Positions 13,690-25,409 of a DNA stretch of 64,000 bases are shown in pieces. The translations under genes and the position numbers were made by a program. Numbering within the stretch: position 1 is the stretch's first letter; every line of letters starts with the position of its first letter. Under the pieces are notes generated by a model. That model was not told the origin of the DNA, made no database searches, and was given only the letters and a program-made list of their open reading frames with translations. The stretch comes from Octopus sinensis. Its lineage: Eukaryota. The stretch is from the NCBI RefSeq assembly GCF_006345805.1, contig NC_042998.1, forward strand, positions 154,752,001-154,816,000, in the 5' to 3' direction.

Positions 13690-13940
13690 GATGATGATAA
13701 TGATTGGTGCATTGGAAACTGTAAGCAAAGGTATAGACAAATGGTTGAATGAGATTTGAATAGAGCTTCTACAGAAAGTTTGCTTCTTACAGACAGGAAA
13801 GATTATCAGGTGTATTCTAAGCACTTGAAAGACTATTGAAAGCTCCTGGATATCTAAGGTTACTGGTAGTAACCTGCTATCCACATTCTACCAGGAATAA
13901 GACTGAATCTGATTCAAATCAATTATAATTATAATAATAA
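13690..13940 (+). mobile_element. Second R4/Dong-like extreme 3' end
   Basis: IMIGALETVSKGIDKWL...LQKVCFLQTGKIIRCIL* followed by a (TAA)n tail. Confidence 0.6.
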
Positions 13941-13954
13941 TCTAAAATTTTGGC

Positions 13955-14105
13955 ACAAGGCCAGCAAGATTAGGGGAGTGGTTGAATCGATTACTGGTCC
14001 TTATTTTATCGACCCTGAAAAGATGAATTGGCAAAGTTGACCTTGGCAGAATTTGAACTTAAACATAAAGACATGAAATGCCACTAAGCATTTCAGCCAG
14101 CTCAC
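13955..14105 (-). mobile_element. tRNA-derived SINE with conserved central domain
   Basis: Reverse complement gives GCTGAAATGCTTAGTGGC...AAGTTCAAATTCTGCCAAGGTCAACTTTGCC..CATC..CAGGGTCGATAAAATAAG (Meta-domain-like, from memory). Confidence 0.6.
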
Positions 14106-14226
14106 TAAATAATAATAATAATAATAATAATAACAATAATAATAATAATAATAATGGTGGCGGTGGTGGTGATAATAAAAACAAAATAAAAAGAGATTCT
14201 TTTAAGATAGCTAAAAGTAGACTTAC

Positions 14227-14362
14227 TTTTAATTATATTGTAGGCTGCTTGAAGTCCAATACCTGGTCCAAAACCAACCTCAAGAACATTATGATCAGGG
14301 TGAAGCTGACAGTTTTCAACAGCTAATAACTCCATATGTCTCCATTTCTCTGTTAATAGGCT
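14227..14362 (-). CDS. Exon of a class I SAM-dependent methyltransferase (YdaC-like family)
   Basis: Open frame SLLTEKWRHMELLAVENCQLHPDHNVLEVGFGPGIGLQAAYNIIK contains motif I (VLEVGFGPG). Canonical GTAAGT donor at 14226-14221; polypyrimidine + CAG acceptor at 14365-14363. An alternative acceptor near 14350 is possible. Confidence 0.75.
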
Positions 14363-15151
14363 CTGATGGTAATATAAAAAAAAATCCTTATAATGTTAAT
14401 CCCCAAAAGATAGAAGTGTAATACCTGAAACAATAGATTTCTGGAAAAAACGTCTTGTGTATTTAGTTTCATCCTTTTACATTCAGATTAAAAATCTCAC
14501 CAATGTTGACTTCATTTTTCATTGCATGTAAGTCATGAGCAATATATTAGGACAAGTATGAGCAATATATTAGGATAATTTCAATGCTAATGAAATAGTA
14601 AATTAAATACCAGTGGTATACTACTCACCTTTAGATTTGTGACCCATAATAATTTTTAAAATCTGATAGATAGAAATTTTAATTTATTTTCTATGCTTCA
14701 TATATTCTATATAAGTATGGGTGTAAACATACACACACACACAAATTAATATATTGGATTTATTTGGGGTACTTAGTTGTGCTCATGACTTAGTATTTGC
14801 TTCTTCCATGGGTATGAGCAAGTATCTCATTTACTTCTTTGCCACATGTATCACTGACGAAGGGAGGGTTCTTTTTGAACTAACCCTGAAATCGGTCCGA
14901 TATGGTAATAATGGAATTTTTGTAGAGATTTCTGTCGACCTTTTTTCGAGTAGCGTGTGTACTGAAAAAAATTATATGGTAAATGGACAATATGTCCAAT
15001 TTTCGGCATATTTGGCATTAGAAATTTTTTCGTTTGCTCTTATTTATAAGTTGTTTATAATTTAACCTTTAAAGGTATTTTTTAATATGCTGGCCATTGA
15101 TAAAATTTTTTTCGAAAAAATTTTATCCTACATTAGATATATATATATATA

Positions 15152-15302
15152 TACTGACTGCTAGATTTAGCCAAACCATCAAGCATTGGAGTAGTGACTA
15201 CTGACGAGCGTAGGCTCATCAGTAGTGACTACTGATAGGCAAAACTAGTCTAATCTAGTGATCCTAGAGACACTCCCGGGGTAGTTATCTCCTCTGTCAG
15301 TG
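15152..15302. mobile_element. ~150-bp MITE-like repeat in a TA tract (related copy at 61313-61435, opposite strand)
   Basis: CTGAC...GTCAG ends; CTAGTGATCCTAGAGA..AGTTATCTCC..TGTCAGT is shared in reverse with 61.3 kb; internal hairpin. Confidence 0.45.
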
Positions 15303-15466
15303 TATATATATTACATGTTTCTTACAGCATTAAAGCTTTTAACTCTTATTTCTTGCAATATAGATGCTTCAGCACCCTCAGTTACAATTAGTGGCAATAA
15401 AATTTATTCATAAAATAATAAGTCTAAAAATAAATCAGGGTTTATTATAATCCTTTAACAGAAAAT

Positions 15467-15797
15467 TAAGAAAATGGAGATATTACATTTAATAAAAATT
15501 TATTATCTGCAAAAATCCAACATATTCTCTTATAGCTGTTTCAATTAAGCCTAAAGATTAAAATAGCAATTATTAAATCATTATGTTTGGCAAAATCTCA
15601 TTTGCTGAGATGACTTGAAAGCACAACACCTAATAACCTAATGGTATATCTTTTCTACTCCTCTGTTGAGATTTTGCCTAACATAATGATTTAATAATTG
15701 CTATTTTAATCTTTAGACTTAATTGAAACAGCTGTAAGAGAATGTGTTGGACTTTTGTAGATAATGAATTTTTATTAAATGCTATATCTCCATTTTC

Positions 15798-15800
<3 letters not shown>
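15467..15800. repeat. Inverted repeat (~133-bp arms) of a Penelope pLTR-like sequence carrying a decayed hammerhead
   Basis: 15467-15600 is the reverse complement of 15666-15800. CTGTTGA-GATT...AATT-GAAACAGCTGTA-AGAG at 15663-15740. Confidence 0.6.
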
Positions 15801-15828
<28 letters not shown>

Positions 15829-15946
15829 ATAGAGGGCATTATTACACATAAATGCCTCACACTAGGAGGGACAAAGTCATTACTACCAAAATTATACTAA
15901 TCATACCAAATGCAGTTTTCAAAGCAAGACATTAAAAAATGAATTT

Positions 15947-16005
15947 AGTTCTGTATCACCGTGATTTCACATTCAACTTTACGTCTAATGATCGTCAGCA
16001 GAACT
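15947..16005 (-). ncRNA. Type I hammerhead ribozyme (family A, copy 1)
   Basis: AGUUCUG CUGACGA u-CAUU..AAUG-u GAA AUCAC-G-GUGAU A CAGAACU: 7-bp stem I, intact core, palindromic stem III, AUA cleavage triplet. Confidence 0.8.
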
Positions 16006-16425
16006 GATTCTGAACACATCATAAATAAACTACCAACCTTACGTAGCGAAGACGAACAGACAACTGCTCACTCCGGCCAAGCACATGGAATGTTTATAAA
16101 TCATATATCCGGTAAATGGCGGGCTTTTTACGAACTGCATGTCGGGTAATGAAAAGTATTTCGGAATAAGTTTAACAATTAAGGATAATCTCTTAATAAG
16201 GGATCTTAACAAGAAATTATCGGGTAGCTAGCGTGAAAACCTCATAAAAGAAAAGAATTCGAAAATAATTTTTTTCTTTGAACAAATTAATTATATCTAT
16301 ATTGTATAGAGGCATTATTACACATAAATGCCTCACACTAGGAGGGACAAAGTCATTACTACCAAAATTATACTAATCATACCCAAATGCAGTTTTTCAA
16401 AGCAAGACATTTAAAAAATGAATTT

Positions 16426-16484
16426 AGTTCTGTATCACCGTGATTTCACATTCAACTTTACGTCTAATGATCGTCAGCAGAACT
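16426..16484 (-). ncRNA. Type I hammerhead ribozyme (family A, copy 2)
   Basis: Identical motif 479 nt from copy 1. Confidence 0.8.
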
Positions 16485-17009
16485 GATTCTGAACACATCA
16501 TAAATAAACTACCAACCTTACGTAGCGAAGACGAACAGACAACTGCTCAATCCGGCCAAGCACATGGAATGTTATAAATCATATATCCGGTAAATGGCGG
16601 GCTTTTTACGAACTGCATGTCGGGTAATGAAAAGTATTTCGGAATAAGTTTAACAATTAAGGATAATCTCTTAATAAGGGATCTTAACAAGAAATTATCG
16701 GGTAGCTAGCGTGAAAACCTCATAAAAGAAAAGAATTCGAAAATAATTTTTTTCTTGAACAAATTAATTATATCTATATTGTATAGAGGGCATTATACAC
16801 ATAAATGCCTCACACTAGGAGGGACAAAGTCATTACTACCAAATTATACTAATCATACCCATAATGCCCTCTATACAATATAGATATAATTAATTTGTTC
16901 AAAAGAAAAAAATTATTTCGAATTCTTTTCTTTTATGAGGTTTTCACGCTAGCTACCCGATAATTTCTTGTTAAGATCCCTTATTAAGAGATTATCCTTA
17001 ATTGTTAAA

Positions 17010-17044
<35 letters not shown>

Positions 17045-17050
17045 GTGTGT

Positions 17051-17086
<36 letters not shown>

Positions 17087-17260
17087 AGAAAATGGAGATA
17101 TAGCATTTAATAATATAGCATTTAATATATATATATAATTTTATCATCATTTATGGCTGGCCGCTGACAGATTTTTCTGAAAAATATGGACAATTTATCC
17201 TGTTCATGCTATATTATTAGCATTATCATGTGTTTGAGAATAAAATTATTGCCTTATCTG

Positions 17261-17298
<38 letters not shown>

Positions 17299-17899
17299 TA
17301 CACAAACATATACATACATATTTTAACAGATATATCATCATTCTCATCATCCCCTATCATTATACTTTTGTTTTCCATGCTGGCATGGATAGAGAAGTTG
17401 TCATGTCCTCACCAACCATGACTGAAGGTTTCTCACAACTGTATTCCTTTTCAGTACATTTGTCAACCAGTTTCCAATGTGCACTGAGTAATTATTATTT
17501 TTTGTGGCAACTGCCCTAGAGAGTGTACTAAGTCCTCTCAACTGCTTTTCTCTGCTCACTCATTCATCACAGAACCATTAATGACATAATGACTCTCTGA
17601 ACATACAACATATCATTTTAATGTTTTTGGAATTCTATAATTAAAAGTATGATTGATTTGTTTTTTATTTATATATTGAGCAAATATATTAATTTTTTGG
17701 CTTTGGATATTTTTTCATTAACAAAACGTGCTGTATTTAACTATGAGAATAAAATCTTGAAACAATGTTCTCTGGATAAAAGGCATGGATGCTAATGAAC
17801 ATACCAATAATGTATTGGGTGGGTGGGGTGTTGAATTTACTTATGATGCATTTGTTTGCAATGTAAGTAATTTACAATGAGTTTTAGAGGAAATGAAGT

Positions 17900-18230
17900 T
17901 ACAGACTATGTACTTACCACAATGTCATCATTTGTGATGAATCTGCTGGACACTGTTTTTAGTGCACAAGCAACAGAGCAGAAGGTTGATGCATAGGATG
18001 TGAGGAAGAAAAGGTGAGATAGGTTGGAGAGGTGAATGGTGTTGACAGGCAGAAATGTCTAGAAAATCAATGGAGGTTTCTGGAATAGTTGAAGTAAATT
18101 TCAATGTGGGTTGATAATGTTCACAAAAATGAAAGAAGTGAATTACTTTCCCTTCAGTGATATGGTGAAGATATTGGCTTCATTGTGGCATAGAAACAAA
18201 ATGAACCTCACCTTGGTTTGAATAGTTACT
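17900..18230 (-). mobile_element. Decayed Penelope-like RT C-terminal fragment
   Basis: QPTLKFTSTIPETSIDFLDIS...FSSSHPMH matches the PLE HP.LKFT...FLD...SSHP pattern. Confidence 0.5.
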
Positions 18231-18784
18231 CTAATGACTTAGGGTGAGAATGAGTTTGATGGAAAAATGTTTGAGTGCTGAGTTGAAATGTGATGATTAA
18301 GCTAGTGGGGCTGTCTTATGTTGGTCTATACTAAGTAATTTGGAGAACAAAGATATATGAAATGATGAGAGATTGTAAGAGCAGAAACAGTTTAGAGCCA
18401 CATGCAATATTGTTGCAACTGGGTAAAGGCAGAAGTAGTAGATATGGTTGCAAACATCATTTTTTCTTTTCTTTTTTGTGATGAAGACAGAGACGTACAA
18501 CTGAGTGGTGATAAGTTGAAGAAAAAGGAAGTGTAATCTTTTTGAGTTTCTGACGTAAGTCATGCCTACGTTTTGGCACAGTGGATGAAGGTTAGAAAAA
18601 TGAAATGATAGGGTAAAATTCTGAGGAAATTAACAATGGTCTGCATTTATGCGTTTTACAACATACAACTGTGAAATGTTGGACATCAGCTCAGGTTGGA
18701 AACCCACTGCTGGACAGAGTGGGTGTTATGAACAGAAACTCCTTACATATATGTATATATATAATATATATATATATATATTAT

Positions 18785-20379
18785 ATATATATATAACTGA
18801 GAATGTGTGTCTGTCTGTCTGTCTGTGTGTTTCCCTAAAACTTGAGAACTACACAACCAATTTCATTCAAATTTTACACATGCCTTACTTAGGGTCCATG
18901 TAGTTCCAAGGGCAAAAAAAAAAATGTTCAACTACTTGCCTAGGGCGAGCCTATAGTAATATCATATCTTCTCCACTATTTCAGTATTACGTGTTAAAAG
19001 TGAAACAAAAACATTTCTCTATTCTCTATTTTATGTCAGATACTTTCACTTTAACAATAAAAATTAGAGATAATAATAACAATTGAATTATATGTAGTAA
19101 GTAATAATAAATCAAACTAAAGTATAATATAATCGTAACAGAACAAAAGTAAAAATAGCAATGGTATAAATTGCATCAATGACTGAACTTGAATAAGTGG
19201 TTTCACATGAATGGAAATAAATTAAAAAATAAAATGGTGTGCAGAAGTGGAATAGTCCAGATGGAGCTGTGCACATACGTTTACCACGGCTTTTACATTA
19301 GATATCTGCTAATAGCTAGCATTAAGTATCTATATGAAGTTTGGCTGGATTAATGTCTGTTTCTCGAACAGCTGCTCTACTGAGTACTGCTGTTGGTTTA
19401 TTTCTTATACATAAAGGACTATAGCTTCAACTGCGTACTGCATTTTGATTCACTGTAAGGTTTGTTATTATTATTACTGTTTAACTATTGTTATCACGTT
19501 TGTTGGTTCCATGTAAGGGAAACGTTGTTGTGTTGCATTTGTTAAATAATTGTAAACTGTAACCCTCCCCCTTTGGGAAAAGGAGCTTTGGTTATTGTTT
19601 AAAAATTGAATTGTGTCCCTGTTTGGGGAAATTGACAATATTTTCACCGTTTATACGGAAGTATTTTTGTTAGAATGCTTTCGATAGAAGAAAGTCCAAA
19701 AATGAATTTCGCTGCAGTCGTCGGCGGACGCGAACTCATTAAAATTAAAATGGAAGAAATACAAATCTATTTTGGATTGATTACCGACAAAGACGGTAAA
19801 TCTAGGATAACACCACCAAATGAAATAAAAAATTAAATTAAAGAAAAGACTATATGTCTATAAAGTATACAATGTAGAGAAAAAAGATTGAACATGGAGG
19901 AAAGCACCATCGAAAAGTGTCTTGGTGCGACTATGAAAGATATCTAACCAGAGGCGGTAAATTCGCCACAATCGAAGCAAGGTTCGAGTCAACGGAGCAT
20001 GCAAGGGAGTACTTGACTCGAACCTTGCAAAGTGGAAATATTTAAATTTTACCTTTATATCTGGGACGTAGGACATCCTGGATAAAAATTAAAAATGTCC
20101 CCCCAGAAGTAGAGGTAGGCTGAATTATAGCCACACTTCTATACAAGAGGGAGGACAAGATACAATTGATCAAAATTGCAAGAGACGGGCCTACAATTCC
20201 AGTCTGTTATATATTTTGGGTATTGTTATCACTAGCGATATCAAGATATGACTTTGTATTTTATATTTTATGTGTAGATGTATATATATATAGATGTACA
20301 TGTAATATGTATACATACAATATATGCACATATTACATGCACTAGCACTATGACCCGGCAACGACGGGTCAGAATGCTA

Positions 20380-20380
<1 letters not shown>
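18785..20380 (+). mobile_element. Non-autonomous Helitron containing a LINE 5' fragment
   Basis: 5' region shared with the 2.3-2.55 kb and 61.8-62.1 kb copies. 3' hairpin GACCCG-GCAACGA-CGGGTC followed by CTAG|T at 20377-20381. Confidence 0.6.
19316..20196 (+). mobile_element. 5' UTR + decayed gag-like ORF1 of a non-LTR element
   Basis: YLTRGGKFATIEARFESTEHAREYL...PLYLGRRTSWIKIKNVPPEV aligns with the 0.9-1.2 kb ORF1 remnant. Confidence 0.55.
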
Positions 20381-20431
<51 letters not shown>

Positions 20432-21244
20432 GAGCAAAATCCCCCTGTCCAATGGACAGTGCTGAGTTGTCAAACATTTTAAACCAAATTTTCTCAAAAC
20501 AACTTGTCCGACCGTCCCATAGAGAAACACTGATTTGACCTAAATTGAGACACCAGCAAAAGAAGAAGAAATAAAGATAGACTTTTTCTATTCCAAAGAA
20601 AAACGATTTTATTCACACAAATATGCAACCGAAGAGTTTAAAGTACCAGTAATGATAGGCTGTTGACTGGGAAACACAAAATGGTTTAAAAGTAAGCTTG
20701 GCAGGAAAAGAAACGTGCCTTTAAGCAGTACAAAACAACAAAGAAAATGGAAGGTGCAGTTATGTACAGGTTGACGGAAGAAAAGCAGGACAAAAATGAT
20801 GCATGCAAATGGGTTAGTGGAGGTAAATCTAAATGGAAAAGCATGATGAATTTATGAGGACGGTACCTGAGACAATAATAAGTTATCTGATAAAACATGT
20901 AGGAAATCAACTTGGGGCGATTTTGATGAAAAGCAACACCTAGGGAACTAAGTAAACTAATTTAAGCTAAACTACTTTACGGGATGTCAAAGGCATGGAA
21001 AAGCTAGTGGAGCGTAGCCTTGTAAACCACATTCCTGATGTATTTGCGTGTAAAAAGCACGTTCCCACGGCTTTATCGATCGCATTCTCACCAGGAATCG
21101 ATTTTTGTAATTTTTTCAAGACTTACAAATGCCTTGATACCGTCGGTATCTACATATATGAGCGCAATCGGATGGAGGATGCCTGAGATCCTAGAAGAAA
21201 CACACAGACAGAACGGATATTGTATAAAAATACAAATGCTCCCT

Positions 21245-21484
21245 CTTTTAAAACCTAGCCAGGCTCATGGGCCCGCTTTCCCAGTTTCTATGGCGTATGA
21301 GTTCCCCAGCTGGACAGGACGCCAGTCCATCGCAGCGTTACTCATTTTTGGCAGCTGAGTAGACTGGAGCAACGTGAAATGAAGTGTTTTGCTCAAGAAC
21401 ACAACGCGTCGTCAGGTCCAGGAGTCGAAACTACAATCTTACGATCATGATGCTGACACCCTGACCACTAAGCCACGCGCCTTC
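21245..21484 (-). mobile_element. tRNA-derived SINE
   Basis: A box TGGCTTAGTGG, B box GTTTCGACTCC, then GTGTTCTTGAGCAAAACACTT and GCGATGGACTGGCGTCCTGTCCAG (V-domain-like). Confidence 0.8.
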
Positions 21485-21635
21485 ACTTTTACGGATTATA
21501 TATATATATATATATGTGTATGTATATACATATATGTATATATATATATATATATGTGTGTGTGTTGGGTTGTATATATGTATTTATATATATATATATA
21601 TATAAGTATATATATATATATATATAAGGTATATA

Positions 21636-22845
21636 CTAAGCAATAAAGGGTTTAGCAACGAATTGCCTTACCACATACCGAATTTAGAAATAGCAGTCAA
21701 AGAGTATAGCTATTTCTTCTACTAAAAAGGGAGATCTCAGTAAAAACAGCAATGGAAGGCAGACACAAAGGGTAAGAGAGAATGAATTGACGGCAATCTA
21801 TCATACAATTTTAAGTATCTACGGACGCACGTTTCGAAATCAAGTTTTTAGGAAAGCATAAGAATTAAATATTAAATAATTCTACCTTACCAAACTTCTT
21901 TCTCTTCAGCGTAGAAACTATAATCATAATGATTATATATTGAATTTGAGATACTAGAAGGCACCAACTCAACTCAGTATCAGAGCGAGCTAGAATCCGC
22001 AACTAGTATCACCAAACTCAATGTGTGAATGAAAAGATTGTGTCACCACCCTTCCCACCCGCGTGTAGCCAAAACAAGATGCTGTGGTCATCTACTGAGA
22101 TAAAATAGTTATCCGTAATAATTGAAGGGTGTGAAATTAATTTGGAATAATTATCAATGGGAGGGGTGGCTGTGTGACACAATCTTTTCATCACACATTG
22201 AATTTGGTGATACTAGTTGCGGATTCTAGCTCGCTCTGATACTGAGTGAGTTGGTGCCTTCTAGTATCTCAAAATTCAATATATAATCATTTATGATTAT
22301 AGTATTCTATGCGGAAGAGAGAAAAGAAGTTTTGGTAAGGTAGAATTATTTAATATTTAATTCTTATGCTTTCCTAAAAACTTGATTTCGAAACGTGCGT
22401 CCGTAGATAACTTAAAATTGTATGATAGATGCCGTCAATTCTATATAATCATTTATGATTATAGTATTCTATGCTGAAAGAAAGAAGTTTTGGTAAGGTA
22501 GAATATTTAATATTTAATTCTTATGCTTTCCTAAAAACTTGATTTCGAAACGTGCGTCCGTAGATAACTTAAAATTGTATGATAGATTGCCGTCAATTCA
22601 TTCTCTCTTACCCGTTTGTGTCTGCCTTCCAATTGCTGTTTTTACTGAGATCTCCCTTTTTAGTAGAAGAAATAGCTATAACTCTTTGACTGCTATTTCT
22701 AAATTCGGTATGTGGTAAGGCAATTCGTTGCTAAACCCTTTATTGCTTAGTATTACTTAAATTTTCCTCGAATGAGGCTTTTACATGCCGAAGACTACTT
22801 GGTGTAATTGATAATTATTCCAAATTAATTAATTTCACCCTTCAT
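21636..22845. repeat. Hammerhead repeat family B: one forward unit plus two inverted partial units
   Basis: 21636-22157 forward; 22158-22440 and 22441-22845 reverse. Same sequence recurs at 36.38-38.16 kb. Confidence 0.9.
21818..21915 (-). ncRNA. Type I hammerhead ribozyme (family B)
   Basis: UCUACG CUGAAGA GAAA-[long AU loop]-UUUC GAA ACGUGCGU C CGUAGA; GUC triplet. Copies at 22306-22407 and 22468-22564 (+) have damaged cores. Confidence 0.8.
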
Positions 22846-22873
22846 TATAAGTATATATATATATAATATATAT

Positions 22874-22919
<46 letters not shown>

Positions 22920-22934
22920 GTGTGTGACACTTGT

Positions 22935-24150
22935 GTAGACCTGTTGGGCAAGTGAAAATCAAAATCAAATCAAATCAAATCAAACCAAATCAAATAGATG
23001 AACATCAATGGAATTTGTATCTTTGTGTGTACCAGTACCGGTGGCACACAAAGAAAACCATCCGAACGTGGCCGTAGCCAGTACCGCATCGACTGCCTCT
23101 GTGATGTGGGCACATAACAAACACCATCCGATCGTGGCCGTCCGCCAGCCTCATCTGGCACCTGTGTCGGTGGCACATAAAAACACCAACCGAAGACCCG
23201 GCAAGACTAGTCAGGCCATAACCCGTGGCCCCTACTTGGGACGTAGTCAGTCCACCTGTGCATACCTCCTTCCTTCTTGTGACACTTGTGAAGACCTGTG
23301 AAGACCTGTTGAAGCAAGTGAAAATCAAATCAAATCAAATCAAAATAGATGAACATCAATGGAATTTGTATCTTTGTGGTACCAGTGCCGGTGGCACACA
23401 AGAAAACCATCCGAACGTGGCCGTAGCCAGTACCGCATCGACTGGCCTCCGTGCTGTGGGCATGCAACAAACACCATCCGATCGTGGCCATTCGCCAGCC
23501 TCATCTGGCACCTGTGTCGGTGGCACATAAAAACACCATCCGAAGACCCGGCAAGACTAGTCAGGCCATAACCCGTGGCCCCTACCTGGGACGTAGTCAG
23601 TCCACCTGTGCATACCTTCCTTCTTGTGACACTTGTGAAGACCTGTTGAGGCAAGTGAAAATCAAATCAAATCAAAACAAATCAAAATAGATGAACATCA
23701 ATGGAATTTGTATCTTTGTGGTACCAGTGCCGGTGGCACACAAGAAAATCATCCGAATGTGGCCGTAGCCAGTACCGCATAGACTGGCCTCCGTGCTTGG
23801 GGACGTAACAAACACCATCCGATCGTGGCCGTCCGCCAGCCTCATCTGGCACCTGTGTCGGTGGCACATAAAAACACCATCCGAGCGTGGCCGTCTGCCA
23901 GCCTCGTCTGGCACCTGTGTCGGTGGCACATAAAAACACCATCCGAGCGTGGCCGTTCGCCAGCCTCGTCTGGCACCTGTGTCGGTGGCACATAAAATCA
24001 CCCACTACACTCTCGGAGTGGTTGGCGTTAGGAAGGGCATCCAGCTGTAGAAACACTGCCAGATCTGACTGGCCTGGTGCAGCGTTCGGGCTCCCCAGAC
24101 CCCAGTTGAACCGTCCAACCCATGCTAGCATGGAAAACGGACGCTAAATG
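22935..24150 (+). mobile_element. Octopus-type SINE with an amplified internal tandem array
   Basis: About three ~350-bp units, each with (AAATC)n and ~60-bp GGTGGCACA..AAACACCATCCGA subrepeats, ending in a single GGAGTGGTTGGCGTTAGGAAGGGCATCCAG...CCATGCTAGCATGGAAAACGGACG (ATG)n tail. Confidence 0.75.
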
Positions 24151-24225
24151 ATGATGAGATATATATAGAGATATATATATATATATATACATATATGTAT
24201 TTATATATATATACATATATGTATT

Positions 24226-24258
<33 letters not shown>

Positions 24259-24273
24259 GTATATATAAGTATA

Positions 24274-25409
24274 CTAGCAGTATCGCCCGGCGTTGCTCGG
24301 GTTGTAAGGGAAATAACTATATAAGCATTTTTAGAGAGTTATAGCCAAAAAGTAGCAAAAAATGCATTAAAAATTGAAAAAAAGTTAAGGTAAATTTTTC
24401 TTTAAATCGTTGACACATCGTAGATATTTTTAGAGAGTTACTTCCCTTATATAAAGCGAAAAAAATGCATTAAAATGGAAAAATATGATGGTAATTTTTT
24501 TTTTTAAATCGTATAGACTCATCGTAGACGCGCGCTAATACCCAGAAGGGCTCGTTTGTTATTCTGGGTAACTTTCTGTAAAATTATAAAATTTTGTTCA
24601 AACATCGCTATAGAAAATGGGTTATTAGCTAATATTCAATTGGGTATACAACAAAATTTTACGATAGAATTTGTTATTCTGGGTAACTTTCTGTAAAATT
24701 ATTAAAATTTTGTTCAAACATCGCTATAGAAAATGGGTTATTAGCTAATATTCAATTGGGTATACAACAAAATTTTACGATAGAATTTGTTATACTGGTA
24801 ACTTTCTGATACCCATAATAATATTTATGGCAAAAAGGCCTTAATTTCATTTAAGATTGTGGGAAATAACAAACTATCCTTTCTTTCGGTTTGTTTACGT
24901 TTAGCGTAATGATTTCAAATAGGCTCATTCGAAAAAGTAAATAGAAATAGTCTAAGGCTTTACTCTTCTGGGAAAGTCTGTGGCTTGGTCCAGTTTCTTC
25001 AGAAAACTCACCGAAAGAAACAGTTTTTAAATTTTCACTCCATTCAGGTACCAATTCGTTTTCTTTATCGCTGTCGGATTCACTGTTTTCACTTTAATAG
25101 CTGCAACTTGCAAAGACAAAGGAGGAGAAGGGTGATAGCGTCAGTGAAACAATTCGCTCCCTTTGTGTGTGTTGCGTTTGCGTGTGGTGTAAACCAGACT
25201 AAGAAAAGCATTTGACACACACACCAGAATGTGAGTTTTCTGTAAATTTTGCTTAATTGGAGTTTAAATTTTAAAAACTGGACCTGGCATGACGCGATGC
25301 ATTGTACTCTTAAAATTGCTAGGTAAATTGTAATTGAAGAAATCCTATATTGTAGATTTGTATAACTCCCAAAGGGAGGCAGATAAAATCTACCTTTTAT
25401 AATAAGAGA
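24274..25409 (-). mobile_element. Non-autonomous Helitron (~1.1 kb)
   Basis: Minus strand 5' A|TCTCTTATTATAAAAG; 3' CCCGAGCAACGCCGGG hairpin + CTAG|T. The 3' part is shared with 26868-27259. Confidence 0.65.
24556..24810. repeat. ~115-bp tandem repeat (2.2 copies)
   Basis: TTGTTATTCTGGGTAACTTTCTG starts at 24556, 24671 and 24787. Confidence 0.9.

Larger units (their letters stand above)
15822..17011 (-). repeat. Tandem ~479-bp repeat (2.2 units) plus inverted partial unit; each full unit carries a hammerhead (retrozyme-like family A)
   Basis: Units at ~15822-16297, 16298-16775 and 16776-16860; 16861-17011 is the reverse complement of ~16645-16795. Confidence 0.9.

Noticed and set aside
15196-15226. 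CTGACGA / CTGATGA motifs resembling a hammerhead core
   Set aside because: They are the two arms of one hairpin (ACTACTGACGAGC-GTAG-GCTCATCAGTAGT), with no GAAA or stem III in the right position.
21360-21484. tRNA-like A/B boxes
   Set aside because: This is a SINE head with no acceptor stem or cloverleaf, so it is not a tRNA gene.
22760-22815. Second hammerhead-like motif in family B (CGAATGAGGC..GCCGAAG)
   Set aside because: The core and GAAA are both non-canonical and stem I does not pair.
22935-24000. CRISPR-like regular repeats
   Set aside because: There are no unique spacers, the context is a eukaryotic SINE, and there are no cas genes.
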